Source: Mobula hypostoma (Eukaryota). From it: a stretch of DNA of 64,000 nt. The translations under genes and the position numbers were made by a program. Positions 11,905 to 23,870 of the stretch are shown here, one piece after another. The stretch covers positions 28,954,001-29,018,000 of the forward strand of contig NC_086101.1 in assembly GCF_963921235.1 (NCBI RefSeq). Direction: 5' to 3'. A model generated the notes under the pieces. The model saw only the letters and a program-made list of their open reading frames with translations, did no database searches and was not told the origin of the DNA. The number at the start of each line of letters is the position of its first letter. Position 1 is the stretch's first letter.

Positions 11905-14000
11905 CATCCACCAGCTTTAAATTGGGGTAGGGCAAATTATAAGCGCATTAGGCAGGTACTAAGCAGCATTAATTGAGACACTTTTTCTCTGGCAAATCTA
12001 CAATAGACATGTGGAGTGTGTTTAAATATCAATTTCTAGAGTACAGGAAAAGTATGTTCCTGGTTAGAAAGAAGGACGGGGATGAAAAGATAAGACAACC
12101 TTCCATGTCCGGAAAGGTAATGAACTTAGACAGGAAGAAAAAGAGAAGTTATATAAAGTTTTGGAAGTCAGAATCAAACAAAGCATATGAGGAGTATAAA
12201 CAAGCCAGAAAAGAATGAAAGAAGGGAATTAGGGAAGCCAGGAGGGGCCATGAAAAATCCTTGACAAGTAGGATTAAGGTGAATCCCAAGGCATTCTACA
12301 CATACATCATAGGATAAAAGGATAAGTAGCGAGAGAGTGGGACTACTCAAGGATGAAGTGGGAAATACTTACTTGGATGCTAAGAATGTGAATGAAGTAC
12401 TTAATAAGCACAGTGCCTCAGTATTTACCGGAGAAAAGGATATGGAGGACTTGGAGATCAGCACTGAGTGCAAAATACATTAGGGCATTTAGAGGTTAAG
12501 GAGAAAGCGGTGTTGGGTGTCCTAAATAGGAGTTCCCACACTATCTGTGATTTGGACATCATTAGGAGCATTAAGGTGGATAAGGCCCCGGGGTTTGATG
12601 CGATTTAGCCCAGATTCTTGTAGGAGACGAGGTGAGATTTCTGGGCCCTTGACCAGTATCTTTGTGTCCTATCTAGCCACAGGCAAGGTTGTAGAGACTG
12701 GTGAGTAGTTAATGTTGTACCGCTATTTAAGATGGGAACAAGGGAAAATCCTGGGAACTATAGACTGGTGAGTCTCACATCAGTTGTAGGGAACTTGCTG
12801 AAGAGAATTCTTAGGGAAGGGATACATCAGCATTTGGAAACTTATGGCTTAATTAGGGAGAGTCATCGTGGCTTTGTGTGTGGCAAGTTGTGTCTTACCA
12901 ATCTAACTGAGTTTTCTTTGATAAGGTGACAGAGAGATTGATGAAGGTAGGGCAGTGGAGGATTTCAGTAAGGCATTTAACAAAGTCCCTCATGGGAGGA
13001 TAATCTGGAAGATTAAGGTCTATGGTTTCCATGGCAAATTGGCTGTTTGGATTTGGAACTGGCTTGCACGTAGAAGACAGAGGGTGGTGGTTTAAGGGAC
13101 CTATTCGAGTTTGAGGTCTGTGATTAGTAGAGTTGCACAGGAATTTGTGCAAGGACATCTGCTGCTTGTGACATATATAAACGACCAGGCTGAAAATGTA
13201 GATGGATGGGTTGGTAAATTTGCGGTTGATACCAAGATTGGTCGAATTGTGGATAGTGTAGACAACTGGCAAAGGTTACAGCATAATATAGGTCAGTTGC
13301 AGAAAAAATAGTTGGAGTTTAACCCAGATAAATGTGAGGTGTTGCACCTTGTAGGGCAAATGCAAGGATACAGTAATGTTAAGGGCAATGTCCTTAACAG
13401 TGTTGCTGAGCAGAGAGCTCTTGGGTGGGACCAAGTTCATAGCTCCTTGAAAGTGGCTACGTAGGTCAAAAAAGTGGTTAAAATGAAATGCTTGCTTTTA
13501 TTAGTTGAGGCAATGAGTTCAAAAGTTAGGAGGTTATGTTACAATTTAATAAAACTCTGGTTCGGTCACATCTGGATCCGGCCAACCCACTTGAGGAAGG
13601 ATGTTGAGGCTTTGGAGAGGATGATGAAGAGGTTCACCAGGATGCTGCCTGGTTCAGAGGGCACGTGCTATCACAAGAGGCTGGATTAACATGGGTTTCC
13701 TTGGAGCATCGAAGGCCAAGGGGTGATCTGATAGAGGTTAAACAGGGACGTGATTAGAGACCATCCAATTCCCAGGGTTGAAATGCCTAACACCAGAGGG
13801 CATGTATAAAAGGTGAGAGGTGTTGGTTCAAGAGGGATGTGAGGGGTAAGTCTTTTCTTTACTCAGAGTCATGGATGCCTAGTATAGTGGTAGAGGCAAA
13901 TACATTAAAGGACTTTAAGAGACATTTGAATAGGCACATTGATATAAGGAGGATGGATGTATATGGATGTGGTGTAGGTCGGACGGATTAACGTTTGGGT
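11905..14000 (+). mobile_element. CR1 LINE 3' portion with degenerate RT
   Basis: ENPGNYRLVSLTSVVG, KFAVDTKIG, KDVEALER..KRFTRMLPG motifs; CR1 3' UTR. Confidence 0.88.
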
Positions 14001-15014
14001 GTTTTTGATTAGTTTTTTAGCCGGTTCAGCACAACACTGTTGTGCTCTTCTGTGTTTGATGACATTCTCTCTTCTTCCCCATCCCATAGGGCAGAAGATA
14101 CAAAAGCCTGAAAACCTATATCACCGGGGTCAAGGGCAGCTTTTATCCTGCTGTTATCAGTCTATATATAGACCCCTGCTACAATAATATGAAATCCTGA
14201 CCTCACAAGCATCCGTATTATGGCTTTACACCTTATGGTCTGCTTTCATTGCACTTTCTCTATGACTGTAACAATTCACTCTGCATTCTGTTATTGCTTC
14301 CTCTTGCACCTCAATGTACTGTGTTAACGAAATGACATGTACAGATGGTGTGCAAAACGAAGTTTTTCACTGGACCTTAGCAGATACGACAATAACAAAT
14401 CAATTTACCAATTTACCATGAAGCACACAAAGCAATGGCAAAGAGCATGGGATCACAGTGTTCTGCATGCAGTGTGTGGTACACATGACAGGATCAGTAA
14501 TGAACATGAGCATGAGAGTGTGACACAGTGGAATATTGATGGTGGAGGGGGTGATCTGTACAGAGTGTACATCATTGCATGATGTAATGCAGGGGTCATG
14601 TTGAAGGACTGTGTACTGCACATCAGTGTGTGAAGGTAGCACACCAACATCTTTGCTTAGAAGTCTAAGGAGATTCAGCATGTCATTGAAAACTCTGACA
14701 AATTTATAGAAATCACATCCTAGTATTGAAACTCTCTCCCATTGAGGACATTTACCAGTGAAGGTGACATTCTTCAACAGGGACAACCACCATCAGGGCC
14801 GTGTCCTCTTCCCCATGCTGCCATCAAGCATGAGTTCCAGTAGCCAGAAAACCCACACCTCAAGGTTTAGCACCTTTCCCTCCACTGCCATCAGGTTCTT
14901 GAACCAAGCTGAAAAACCACAACATTACTTCTCATGATTTTTCTCCCAATTTGCATAAGTATCATTATGTTTTTGTACACATGCAAATTACACGTAATAT
15001 ATTTGAATTTTACT

Positions 15015-15174
15015 TTATATTAACTTATGTTTGCTTGACCCGTGCGAAGCCAGAGAGGCAGTGGGTCTGATTCTCATTATTTCTCGGAGGAGATCAGTGT
15101 GGAATGAGAACTGGGTTCTCCGAAATAGATTCTCAGTTTTTTTTGAAGGGCAAAATTTCTCTTGCAAATGTGGG
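15015..15174 (-). pseudogene. Probable decayed MHC class I alpha2 exon (N-terminal half)
   Basis: After acceptor ttccatctgtAG, 200 nt downstream of alpha1: PHLQEKFCPSKKTENLFRRTQFSFHTDLL..PTASLASHGSSKHKLI*, echoing H.LQ...GC / QYAYDG.D / WTA........K.KW; out of phase with alpha1 and ends in a stop. Confidence 0.4.
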
Positions 15175-15374
15175 CTACAGATGGAATGCTTTTAATTGAA
15201 GGTAAATATTTGTTAGAGGATGTCGGGAGGGCATATAACCCTTGAAAGATTTGAAACCAAGGATAGGAATTTTAAAACTGATACAACCTAATTGGCTCCA
15301 TTGAAAGGTCAACGTGTTTTTAGTGTGCAAGTCACTGTGAGCCTCGAAGAACAGTGGAGATCAAAGACACGTAC

Positions 15375-15623
15375 AAAGCATTGAGGCGAATGGAGTCAGA
15401 TTAGGAGGAAGTAACTTTTTAATTGAGTCCGGGATCTCTTTCTGGTTTTTCCAGTCGTTAGCTGAAAAGCCGTCCATGATCCACTGTTGCTTGGCTTCTA
15501 CCCTCTGGATGGTGCTGTCATAGTAGCATATCTGCAGGTCATCCAACATCCCAACCATGAAGATGTATGGCAGCTCAGGAATGTTTATCGAATGGAGGTA
15601 GAAATATGTCAAGCTGTGGGAGA
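15375..15623 (-). CDS. MHC class I-like alpha1 exon (83 codons, open)
   Basis: VSHSLTYFYLHSINIPELPYIFMVGMLDDLQICYYDSTIQRVEAKQQWIMDG..; strong polypyrimidine acceptor ttttttttcAG; phase-1 donor t/GTACGT. Confidence 0.92.
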
Positions 15624-15763
15624 CTGAAAAAAAAGAAGAGAGTGAGAGAGGAGTGTGAGAAAATAACTAAGGATGCCCTCCATTTATAAGGCACAACTCT
15701 GGTGGAAAACTCTCCACTTGCCCAAATTAATGCACAGGCACACAAATTAGACACCCACCTCAC

Positions 15764-15818
15764 CCCTGTGATTGGCTCCCCATCCACGTGGAACCACCAA
15801 CACTAAAACAGGCCTCAT
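15764..15818 (-). CDS. Putative leader exon of the MHC class I-like gene, MRPVLVLVVPRGWGANHR
   Basis: ATG at 15818, phase-1 donor g/GTGAGG at 15763, 140-nt intron to alpha1 keeps frame; hydrophobic core is short. Confidence 0.6.
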
Positions 15819-16768
15819 TGCATCAGCCAGGTATAAATCCCAAGCAGCTCTGGATAGAAGAACCCAACTGCAGTGGGGACAGAAAATGAAGGGTCCCAAT
15901 CCTCCAAACTATTGAGCAACTTGGGTATCACCATTGAAGATGCTTGGATAGGTACACAGATAGGAAATGTTTAGAGGGATATGAGTCAAATGAGCCAAGT
16001 TGGATGGTAATCTTGGCTGACATGGACCTGTTGGGTCTAAGTGCCTGCTTCTGTGCTGTGAGGATGTAGCAACAACTCTTGACACTGACTAACTGAGGGC
16101 TTGTCCAAAATTGAGAGAGCATAGACTTAGTACTATCCGGACCTGAACACCATTGTGGGTATATCCACACCTCGAGTACTGCACCAGTTCAAAAAGGCAG
16201 CAACCAGCCACCTTCTCAAGGACATCTTGGGTTGGGGAACTAAACAGTGGTTCACTTTGTGAATCCACGTCCATGAGTGAATAAAGCAAATAAAATATTT
16301 TTTAAATGAACCCTCATTTACCACATATGTAACACCACTGTAGCACCTGTCTTATTGTGTGCGACTAGTCGCTGCACTCTTTGAGAAAATCAAATTACTT
16401 AGTACTACACTGGGTGCTAGTAGGCCGTCAGAAGCTTCTAGGTATCGGAAGGAGGCAGTGAATAGAAACCACATACTTCTGGAGATAAGTTCTGTTTATA
16501 AGAAAACAACAATATGTACAAACTATTTACATGAGCAAGAACAATTCAAAATTCCAACATTCTGTTTAGGTTCTAAATCTCAGATATCAAACCAAAACAA
16601 ATTCCTTTTTAATTAGAATCAGTGAGATTCCTTTATGACTCTAATTTCTATAATTAGATCTAGTGTAGTTCCCAATTTAAAAGTTTACAGACAACCTTTT
16701 CCTTTTTACTTATCCCTAGTTAGTTAGAAAACCAAACATAATTCCCATTTTTAAGTATTGTAATTAAC

Positions 16769-16811
16769 TTCAGTTTCAGTTCCAGTGTATCTACAAGTTG
16801 AAACTGAAATT
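16769..16811. promoter_or_regulatory. Two inverted ISRE/IRF-like motifs ~950 bp upstream of the leader ATG
   Basis: AGTTTCAGTTCC (16772-16783) and GAAACTGAAA (16800-16809); TTCAGTTTCA/TGAAACTGAA form a 10-bp inverted repeat. Confidence 0.35.
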
Positions 16812-17544
16812 CAAAAGTTATACATACAGTTTAATCCCTTTCGTAATTCTGCAACTTTAGAACTTTTAAACAAAGTAAATCTCATTCAGCGATTTATCAA
16901 AGTCTTTGTAAATAATCAGTTCTTTCAGAAAATCTAATTCGCATTTTTTGAATGAAAATGAATTTACACATCCAACCATATTAAATCCTTTGCATCATTA
17001 CACATTTCGTTCCTGCGCTGGCTCATTGAATCTTGAGTAGCTCACCATCTTCTTTCTTGGCTCATTGGACTAATATAGTTTATCATCCACGGCAGGTCAA
17101 TTCACAAACTTGCACAAAAACTTGACCAAATCCCTTGGTATGATTTTACAAAACTAATGTCCAGTTACATGGTAGAGATCTTGGACACTCGTCTCTGCTG
17201 ATATTGTCCCGTTTTTGCTGCTGCATGTTATAGCCGTAGCTTCAGTAAATCTTTGATCACTATTGTCTCTTCTCCAGAGGTTTCACCCTGAGATTTTCAA
17301 GTTACTAGGGTAAAGCTACACACTAATAATTCCACTCTTAACAGTTAGTGTCTTCAGCTTCTAATCGTTTCTGCATTTCTCTGTCCGCCCGTGCCCGCGT
17401 CAGCCACGCATTGTTCTCGCACAGCACTTTTTTCCCCCAAGTTCTGTTTGGTAAACTTCATTTTCATCCCTCCGCAGGTGGAACTTTCTAACATTACGTC
17501 TTTGGGTTTAATTAACCTGGATTACACATACACTTTCAAACATA

Positions 17545-18345
17545 GGAAAATATGGCGTCTAACGTGACGCTTTTGTTTGCATCTTCGGAAACAGCTCTAC
17601 AGTATTTCCATCTTTAATATCTCTTATTTTTCCCTTTCAGGGTCCTTTTGAAGACCCTGAACTGGAGTTACATGCTGACTATGGTTCTTTGCGGGAGAGG
17701 GACCCACTCTCGGGTTTCACAACTGGCCGCTGTTCGGCACGCCAAGGGCTCCAGCCTAAGATTTCAGCTTAGATTTCGGGGCTCTGGAGAGCGGCGGATC
17801 GAAAGTCGGTGTCACGGCAGGAGATCCGTGTGTCGTCAGGAGAGTCGGAAGATCTACGGCTGTGTGCCCAGAGACCTGAGATCTTTGGGCTCAGAGCTCG
17901 TAAAAAAGAAACGCAACGGGACTTTTAATGTCATAAACTAGTGAGTTGTTTGTTATATCTCCCTTCTCGCCGTGAAACAGGGACAGCACTTCTCCTTTAT
18001 TAGGGAGAGAGAGAGCCTGTGATATGTCAAATGCTGGGTGAACAATGTAGTCTTTGGAGTACTGCACTGCAAGTCTTTGTCTTTACTGTTGTCTTGTTCA
18101 CGCTCGAGTGCACGGTGGTGGATGCAGATGTTTTTTTTTGCCGGTGGGGGAAAGGGGGGATTGTTGCTTGCTGCCGCTGATGTGCGGGAAGGAGAGGAGC
18201 TGAGGGGGACTTTGGGGTTCTGACATTTAACTGTTGTTCATTCTTTGGGGCACTCCTCTGTTTTCGTGGATAGGTGCAAAGAAAAAGCATTTCAGGATGT
18301 ATATTGTAATATTTCTCTGACATTAAATGTCCTTTTGAACCTTTG
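17545..18345 (+). mobile_element. Non-autonomous LINE/SINE-like repeat with short tandem 3' tail
   Basis: 3' part (attctttggggcactcctctgttttcgtgg..attaaatgtccttttgaacctttgaa) matches reversed copies at ~49840-49960 and ~50335-51055. Confidence 0.6.
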
Positions 18346-20887
18346 AATGCAGTTTGCATCAAATTAAAACAGCTGTTGAGCATCCGGTAAGTGTTTCTGC
18401 ATTCCTAGTGTCCACATAGCATGGCCACAACTCACTAATCCTAAATCATACATCTTTGACAATGGGGGCAAAGCACAGCATCCGGAGGAAAGTAACAAGG
18501 TTACGGGGAGAACATACAAACTCCTTACTGACAGCAGTGGAAGTTGACCCCCGATCTCACAGTTTTGCCAACTGCTACACCAACCATCTTGAATTGGTGT
18601 CCCAGCTGTGGTTTTGTGGGTCACACGCTCACCTCCCACACTAAAGATTGTCACATTTCTGCCCCGCTTGATACTTAAGCCTCTGAGGGAACAGTGCATT
18701 GGGAGAGGTGTTCGGTTCGGTGGAGCCCCTGTCTGCCTCTGCAGGTAAACCATGGCTCTAATTAGAGAGTTACCTCCCCCACACAACATTCATAGGAGCT
18801 CTCAACTAATGTCACCAAAAGCCAAACAGGACATCACAAAATACTTCAAAGGATCTTGATGTTTACAGATTAGCAGCTGCGTTTCCTCAGTTAATGACTA
18901 CATTCAGGGAAAACACCATACATTTGGTCAAGATATTGTCACAATCGAGCAAGCATCATTTTTGACGAATGAGGGTAAAGTTCTTAGCATCGTATAGCCA
19001 GACCGCACAAAGACAGGCCATTTGGTCCATTACAGGCATGCGGACCAATGAGGAGGGTGAGATTTATTTAAAGCTAATTTTTTACCTTTAATTGATCAGA
19101 TTAAACTTTTGTTTACTAAATGGTCACCAACATCTTTGTCTTTGATTGGTCGGATTAATGCTATTAAGATGATTATTTTGCCTAAATTTCTATATGTATT
19201 TCAATCGGTTCCAATTTTTACCCCCAAATCTTTTTTTGATAATGTTGATTCAAAAATTTCCTCATATACATGGCAGAAAAAAAATCCTAGGCTAGGTAAA
19301 AGGTATTTACAGAAATCTAAAAAAGAGGGGAGGCTCACCCTCCCGAATTTTAGCTTTTATTATTGGGCAATTAATATCCAATACTTAAAATTTTGGTTAC
19401 GAGATTGGGATGCAACTTCAAGTCCACATTGGGTAAATCTTGTATGTAATTCATTACAAGGGTCTTCTTTGGGTTTGGTTTTAGGAACTGTGCTTCCTTT
19501 TATTTCTTCTACATTGTATAAACAAATGAATAATCCAATAGTTAAGCATACTTTATGTATATGGTTTCAATTCCAAAGATTTTTTGGGTTCAATCAATTT
19601 ATTTTAGCAAGCCCTATTATATCTAATTTCCTTTTTCAACCTTCCACTATGGATCAAGCTTACTTTGATTGGAAAAATCAAAGGTATAGTACGTTTTCGT
19701 GATTTATTTTTGGATAATTGTTTCATGTCCTTTGATCAACTTTCCAATGAATATAATTTATCCAGATCTCACTTTTTTAGATACCTACAGATCAGAAACT
19801 TTTTAATTACTGTTTCTCCTAATTTTCCACACTTATGTCCAATGGATATTTTGGAAAAAATTTTAGATCTAAATCTCTCTCAGAAAAGTGTTGTAGCAAT
19901 TATTTACAACATAATTATGAATTTATGTCCTGATGTTTCCAATAAAATTAAAACTGATTGGGAAAGAGAATTTAAGATTACTATACCGATTGAAAAATGG
20001 GAAAAATTCTTCAATTGGTTCATTCATTCTCTATATGTGTTGATACAGTTTAAAGCAGTGCACAGGGCTCATATGTCCAAAGATAAACTATCTCGTAATT
20101 ATTCTTATATTAATCCTATATGTGATAGATGTCATTCCAAGATAGCTTCTTTAACTCACATGTTTTGGTCATGTCCTTTGTTGGAAAAATATTGGAAAGA
20201 TATTTTTGATATTACTTCAATGGTTTTGAATACAGAATTACAACCTCATCCAATTACTGCTATTTTTGGATTATCAATGATAGACTCAAATCATTAAACC
20301 TCTTCAGCTCATCAGATGATTGCATTTCTTTCTTTAATGGCTAGAACATCCATTTTGCTGAATTGGAAAGAGATTAACCCTCCTACTGTATTTCACTGGT
20401 TTTCACAAACCATGTTGTGTTTAAATTTGGAAAAAATTAGGAGTGTGGTTTATGACCCTTCCATTAAATTTGAAAAAACTTGGAGGCCATTTATTCAGCA
20501 TTTTCATTTGATGTAATTTGACCATTTCCAAACTTATTTTACTTCTCTGTAGTGTTGGTTGAGAGGAACGGAGTCATCGACACTAAGGTTTTCTTTTCTT
20601 CCATTTTTACAGAGTTAAAATTGCCCATGTCTTTTTTAGTTTAGTTGATTAATTCTGTTTGAATTTTTTTTGGGGGGGGAGGTTTGTTTTTATTTTTTTT
20701 CCTTTTTCATGATTTTTGTTTAGATAATTTTTTTTGTCCTGTGTTATACATTGGTATCCTACATGATTGGGTATTTTGTCAATGAAATACTATTTGGTTT
20801 TATAATTACCCATCTTAAGTATAACAATGTATTCCCAACAATTTTGTATTATTGCTATTGTAACCTTCTGTTATATTGGCTCGTGTA

Positions 20888-21530
20888 TGTCTAGGGGAAA
20901 TCCAGCCCAGCACCCGCCTCAACACTCCCCACACGGTTGGTCGCCGCCCGAGTCAATCACAACATCAATCATCAGCCAACACACCCAGTAAATTTTAACA
21001 AGTACACTTTATAGATATTACTAATTCTATGACATTAATATACATTTGATACAGAGAGGAAAGTAATGGAAAAATAAGGCGCCAACACTTATCAAAGTCC
21101 ACGTTCTTCGCGCACTATCGTTGGAGCTCAATCAATTCTTGATGACCACCTGAATTCCGTCGACTCACGGCCCGGCGCCACCCGGAGTGATCGACCGGAG
21201 CCTCTCCGCATGTCCGCTGTCCTCCCCGTCTCTCCTCCGACCCCCCCCGTCTCTCCTCCGACCACCCCCCCCGTCTCTTCTCCGTCCTCCTCGTCTCTCC
21301 TCCGACTCCCTGCCAAAACTCCGTCCACAGTCATTCAAATACAGCATGGTATCCGAAAACAAAACGATACGTAACCACCCATTGGCTAATAGAAGGCTGC
21401 TATCTCAATTTAAAGTAAAACAAACTGCTCGCGCAAACTCTCTTCAGCGTTAAAGCACAACAAAGCCGCATTCCCCAAATTAACATAACAAAGTCGCCAT
21501 TTTAAATGTAACAAAAGAAAGACCCCTACA
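20888..21530. mobile_element. Solo-LTR-like insert (~640 bp)
   Basis: TGTCTAGGGG...CCCCTACA termini inside the L1 3' UTR; internal similarity (tttatagatattact..acacttatcaaagt) to 31145-31794. Confidence 0.55.
21226..21306. repeat. Short minisatellite (cgtctctcctccga + C-run) x4
   Basis: Direct reading of four ~20-24-bp units. Confidence 0.8.
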
Positions 21531-22245
21531 CTATGTTATGTTTATATTCTATGAAATTAATAAAGAGATTGAAAAAGAAAGGAGGGCAAGGTCTTTGTGT
21601 CGAACAAAATCTATTTCCTTGGTGATGTGTAACAGACTGTCTCAATGGGACAGTTAAGATCAGATTAATTGTTCTCGTGTGATGTCTGTGTTAAGGTGAT
21701 GCGGCTGTCATCTTTGGGCATCTGAGGGGCTGGGAAGGTTTGCGTACGCTCGCAAGTCATCCACCAAGCTAATTAAGCTGATTGGGGTTGGAACAATGGA
21801 CTAAGCCCACTGTTGGGAGTTTTCTCTCAGGCAGGAAGGGGGTAGAGATGGCAGGAAGCGACAGGGATCTCAGAGGTAGCGACTGGAGGAGGGCAAATGG
21901 CAGATTTCTGGGAAACGGAAAAATAAATAGCTTATTGAAGATTGTAGAGGCTTATCTTCCAGTGATGAAGGCAGTAGATAGGATTTAAATAAAAGAAGGA
22001 AGGAAGAGTTTAAGGTTTTGTTGAGGTTTGAATGTGGATCTGCTTCCAATATAAATCAATCACAGTAACTAAGGATTTGTAGCAACTGTGGAGGAAAATG
22101 TAGCTCTGATTATCCAGGATGTCCTGCATAACGCTGTGGAAGTGGCAGCATTTTCAGGTGGAAATAGGTATATCATATGCAGAGGCTCTGCAGAAAATAT
22201 AGAAGACAGTATCAATGGGATCTACTAATATCCAGAATGCAGATA

Positions 22246-22867
22246 CAAGGTGTGATTGACAAGTTCATGGCCGAAGGTAGAAGGAGTCAATTTTAGAAAA
22301 CCTAGCACATTTATTTTTCAACATAGTCCTCTTCTACATGTACACACATAGTCCAGTGGTCGTGGAGCATACGGATCCCTTCTTTGCAGAAGTGGTCCAC
22401 AGCAGGGGTGATTGATAAGTTCGTGGCCTAAGGGAGAAGGAGCGGATTTATTAAATTCAAACTTTCTGCATTATCACTCAAAGAGTTGAACTGCACGTGC
22501 ATGTAACGAGAGCGTCTTGGACCTCCAGGTGGTCCACAGCAGGGGTGATTGTTAAGTTTGTGGCCTTAGGTAGAAGGAGATGGGTTATACAGCTCTTGTT
22601 GCATGAACATGAAGTTCAACCCTTTGAGTGAAAATGCAGAAAGTTTGAAGTTAGTTAATAATATCTCCTTCTACCTTAGGCCATGAACTTATCAATAACC
22701 CCTGCCGTGGACCACTTTCTGGAGGTCCAACAGGCTTCTACACTGAAGGGATCCGTATGTTCCACGACTGTTGGACTAAGTGTGTAAATGTAGGAAAAAT
22801 AAATGTGCTAGGTTTTCTAAAATTGACTCCTGCAACCTGAGGCCACAAACTTATCAATCACCTCTTG
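22246..22867. mobile_element. Tc1/mariner-type palindromic MITE with TA TSD
   Basis: TA|caaggtgtgattgacaagttc ... aacttatcaatcacctcttg|TA; long imperfect inverted arms with internal TIR copies. Confidence 0.8.
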
Positions 22868-23830
22868 TAGTGTAATGGCATTGTGTAAAGTGCATAATTG
22901 TATAACAAAGGATTCTCTAATTGTTGATAAACATTCATGGCAGATGTGGTAAATTGTACAGCACAAACTGAAATAGGACAAATATTAAAATTATGTGAAA
23001 AGCAGAAGAGAAACATTGACATAAAATGCTAGGAGCTATTAATGTTGCCTTTCAAGGAGTAAAAATGTTCACATTTCAAAAGAGAGTTGTTAATGGCATT
23101 TAATCTTACAATGGAATTCTAGAAGCCTGTTAGCTAGTGGTCAAGAGGTTAAGAAATTTATTGCAGATTTCCCAAATAAACCTGACGTCATGTGTACAGG
23201 AAACCTGGTTGAAATCCTGTCAGTTTCAAAATACAAAGTTATGTTAACATAAGCCATGATCCGAAAATGGGCAATGGAGGAGTGGCTACATTTGCCAAAA
23301 ATGGGATAGCATATACAGTAGACTTTTGGAGTTTGGGGTTGTTTATGAGTCAATTGTGGTTGAAGTTTAGGGAAGCTGAGATACCTCAACATGTGTAGCA
23401 GGATATTGCAGATCTTTTACCAGTCTGTTGTAGCAAGTCTTCTTTGCTGCTTTTCGTTGATGGAGCAGCATTGGAGCTGGTGATGCAAAAAGACTAAATA
23501 AACACATCACAAAGGCTGGATCCGGCCTTGGCTACAAACCAGACTCTTTTGACTAAATGGTGGAGAGGAGGTCACAAAACAAACTGTTATCCATTATAGA
23601 CAATCTGGAACATCCTCTCCATTACCTACGGAATAAGTAGCGGAGCACCTTTTCAAATAGACTCATTCAGCTCTGCCGTCATAAGGATTGCTACAGAAAA
23701 TCTTTCCTACCAAATGCAATCAGCATATACAACAAACAACAGGAATTCTGCAGATGCTGGAAATTCAAGCAACACACATCAAAGTTGCTGGTGAACGCAG
23801 CGGGCCAGGCAGCATCTGTAGGAAGAGGTG

Positions 23831-23870
23831 CAGTCGACGTTTCAGGCCGAGACCCTTCGTCAGGACTAAC
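23831..23870 (-). ncRNA. Minimal hammerhead ribozyme motif
   Basis: GTTAGTC-CTGACGA-agggtctcggcct-GAAACGTC-GACTG on minus strand. Confidence 0.8.

Larger units (their letters stand above)
19060..21581 (+). mobile_element. L1-clade LINE, 3' part of ORF2 and 3' UTR (interrupted by an LTR-like insert)
   Basis: GRINAIKMIILPKFLY, GRLTLPNFSFYYWA, C-terminal CCHC CDRC..LTHMFWSC; AATAAA then gaaaaagaaag tail. Confidence 0.9.

Noticed and set aside
15770-15840. ATTGG, CACGTG and TATAAA motifs on the plus strand suggesting a promoter
   Set aside because: They overlap the minus-strand leader exon and no plus-strand gene follows
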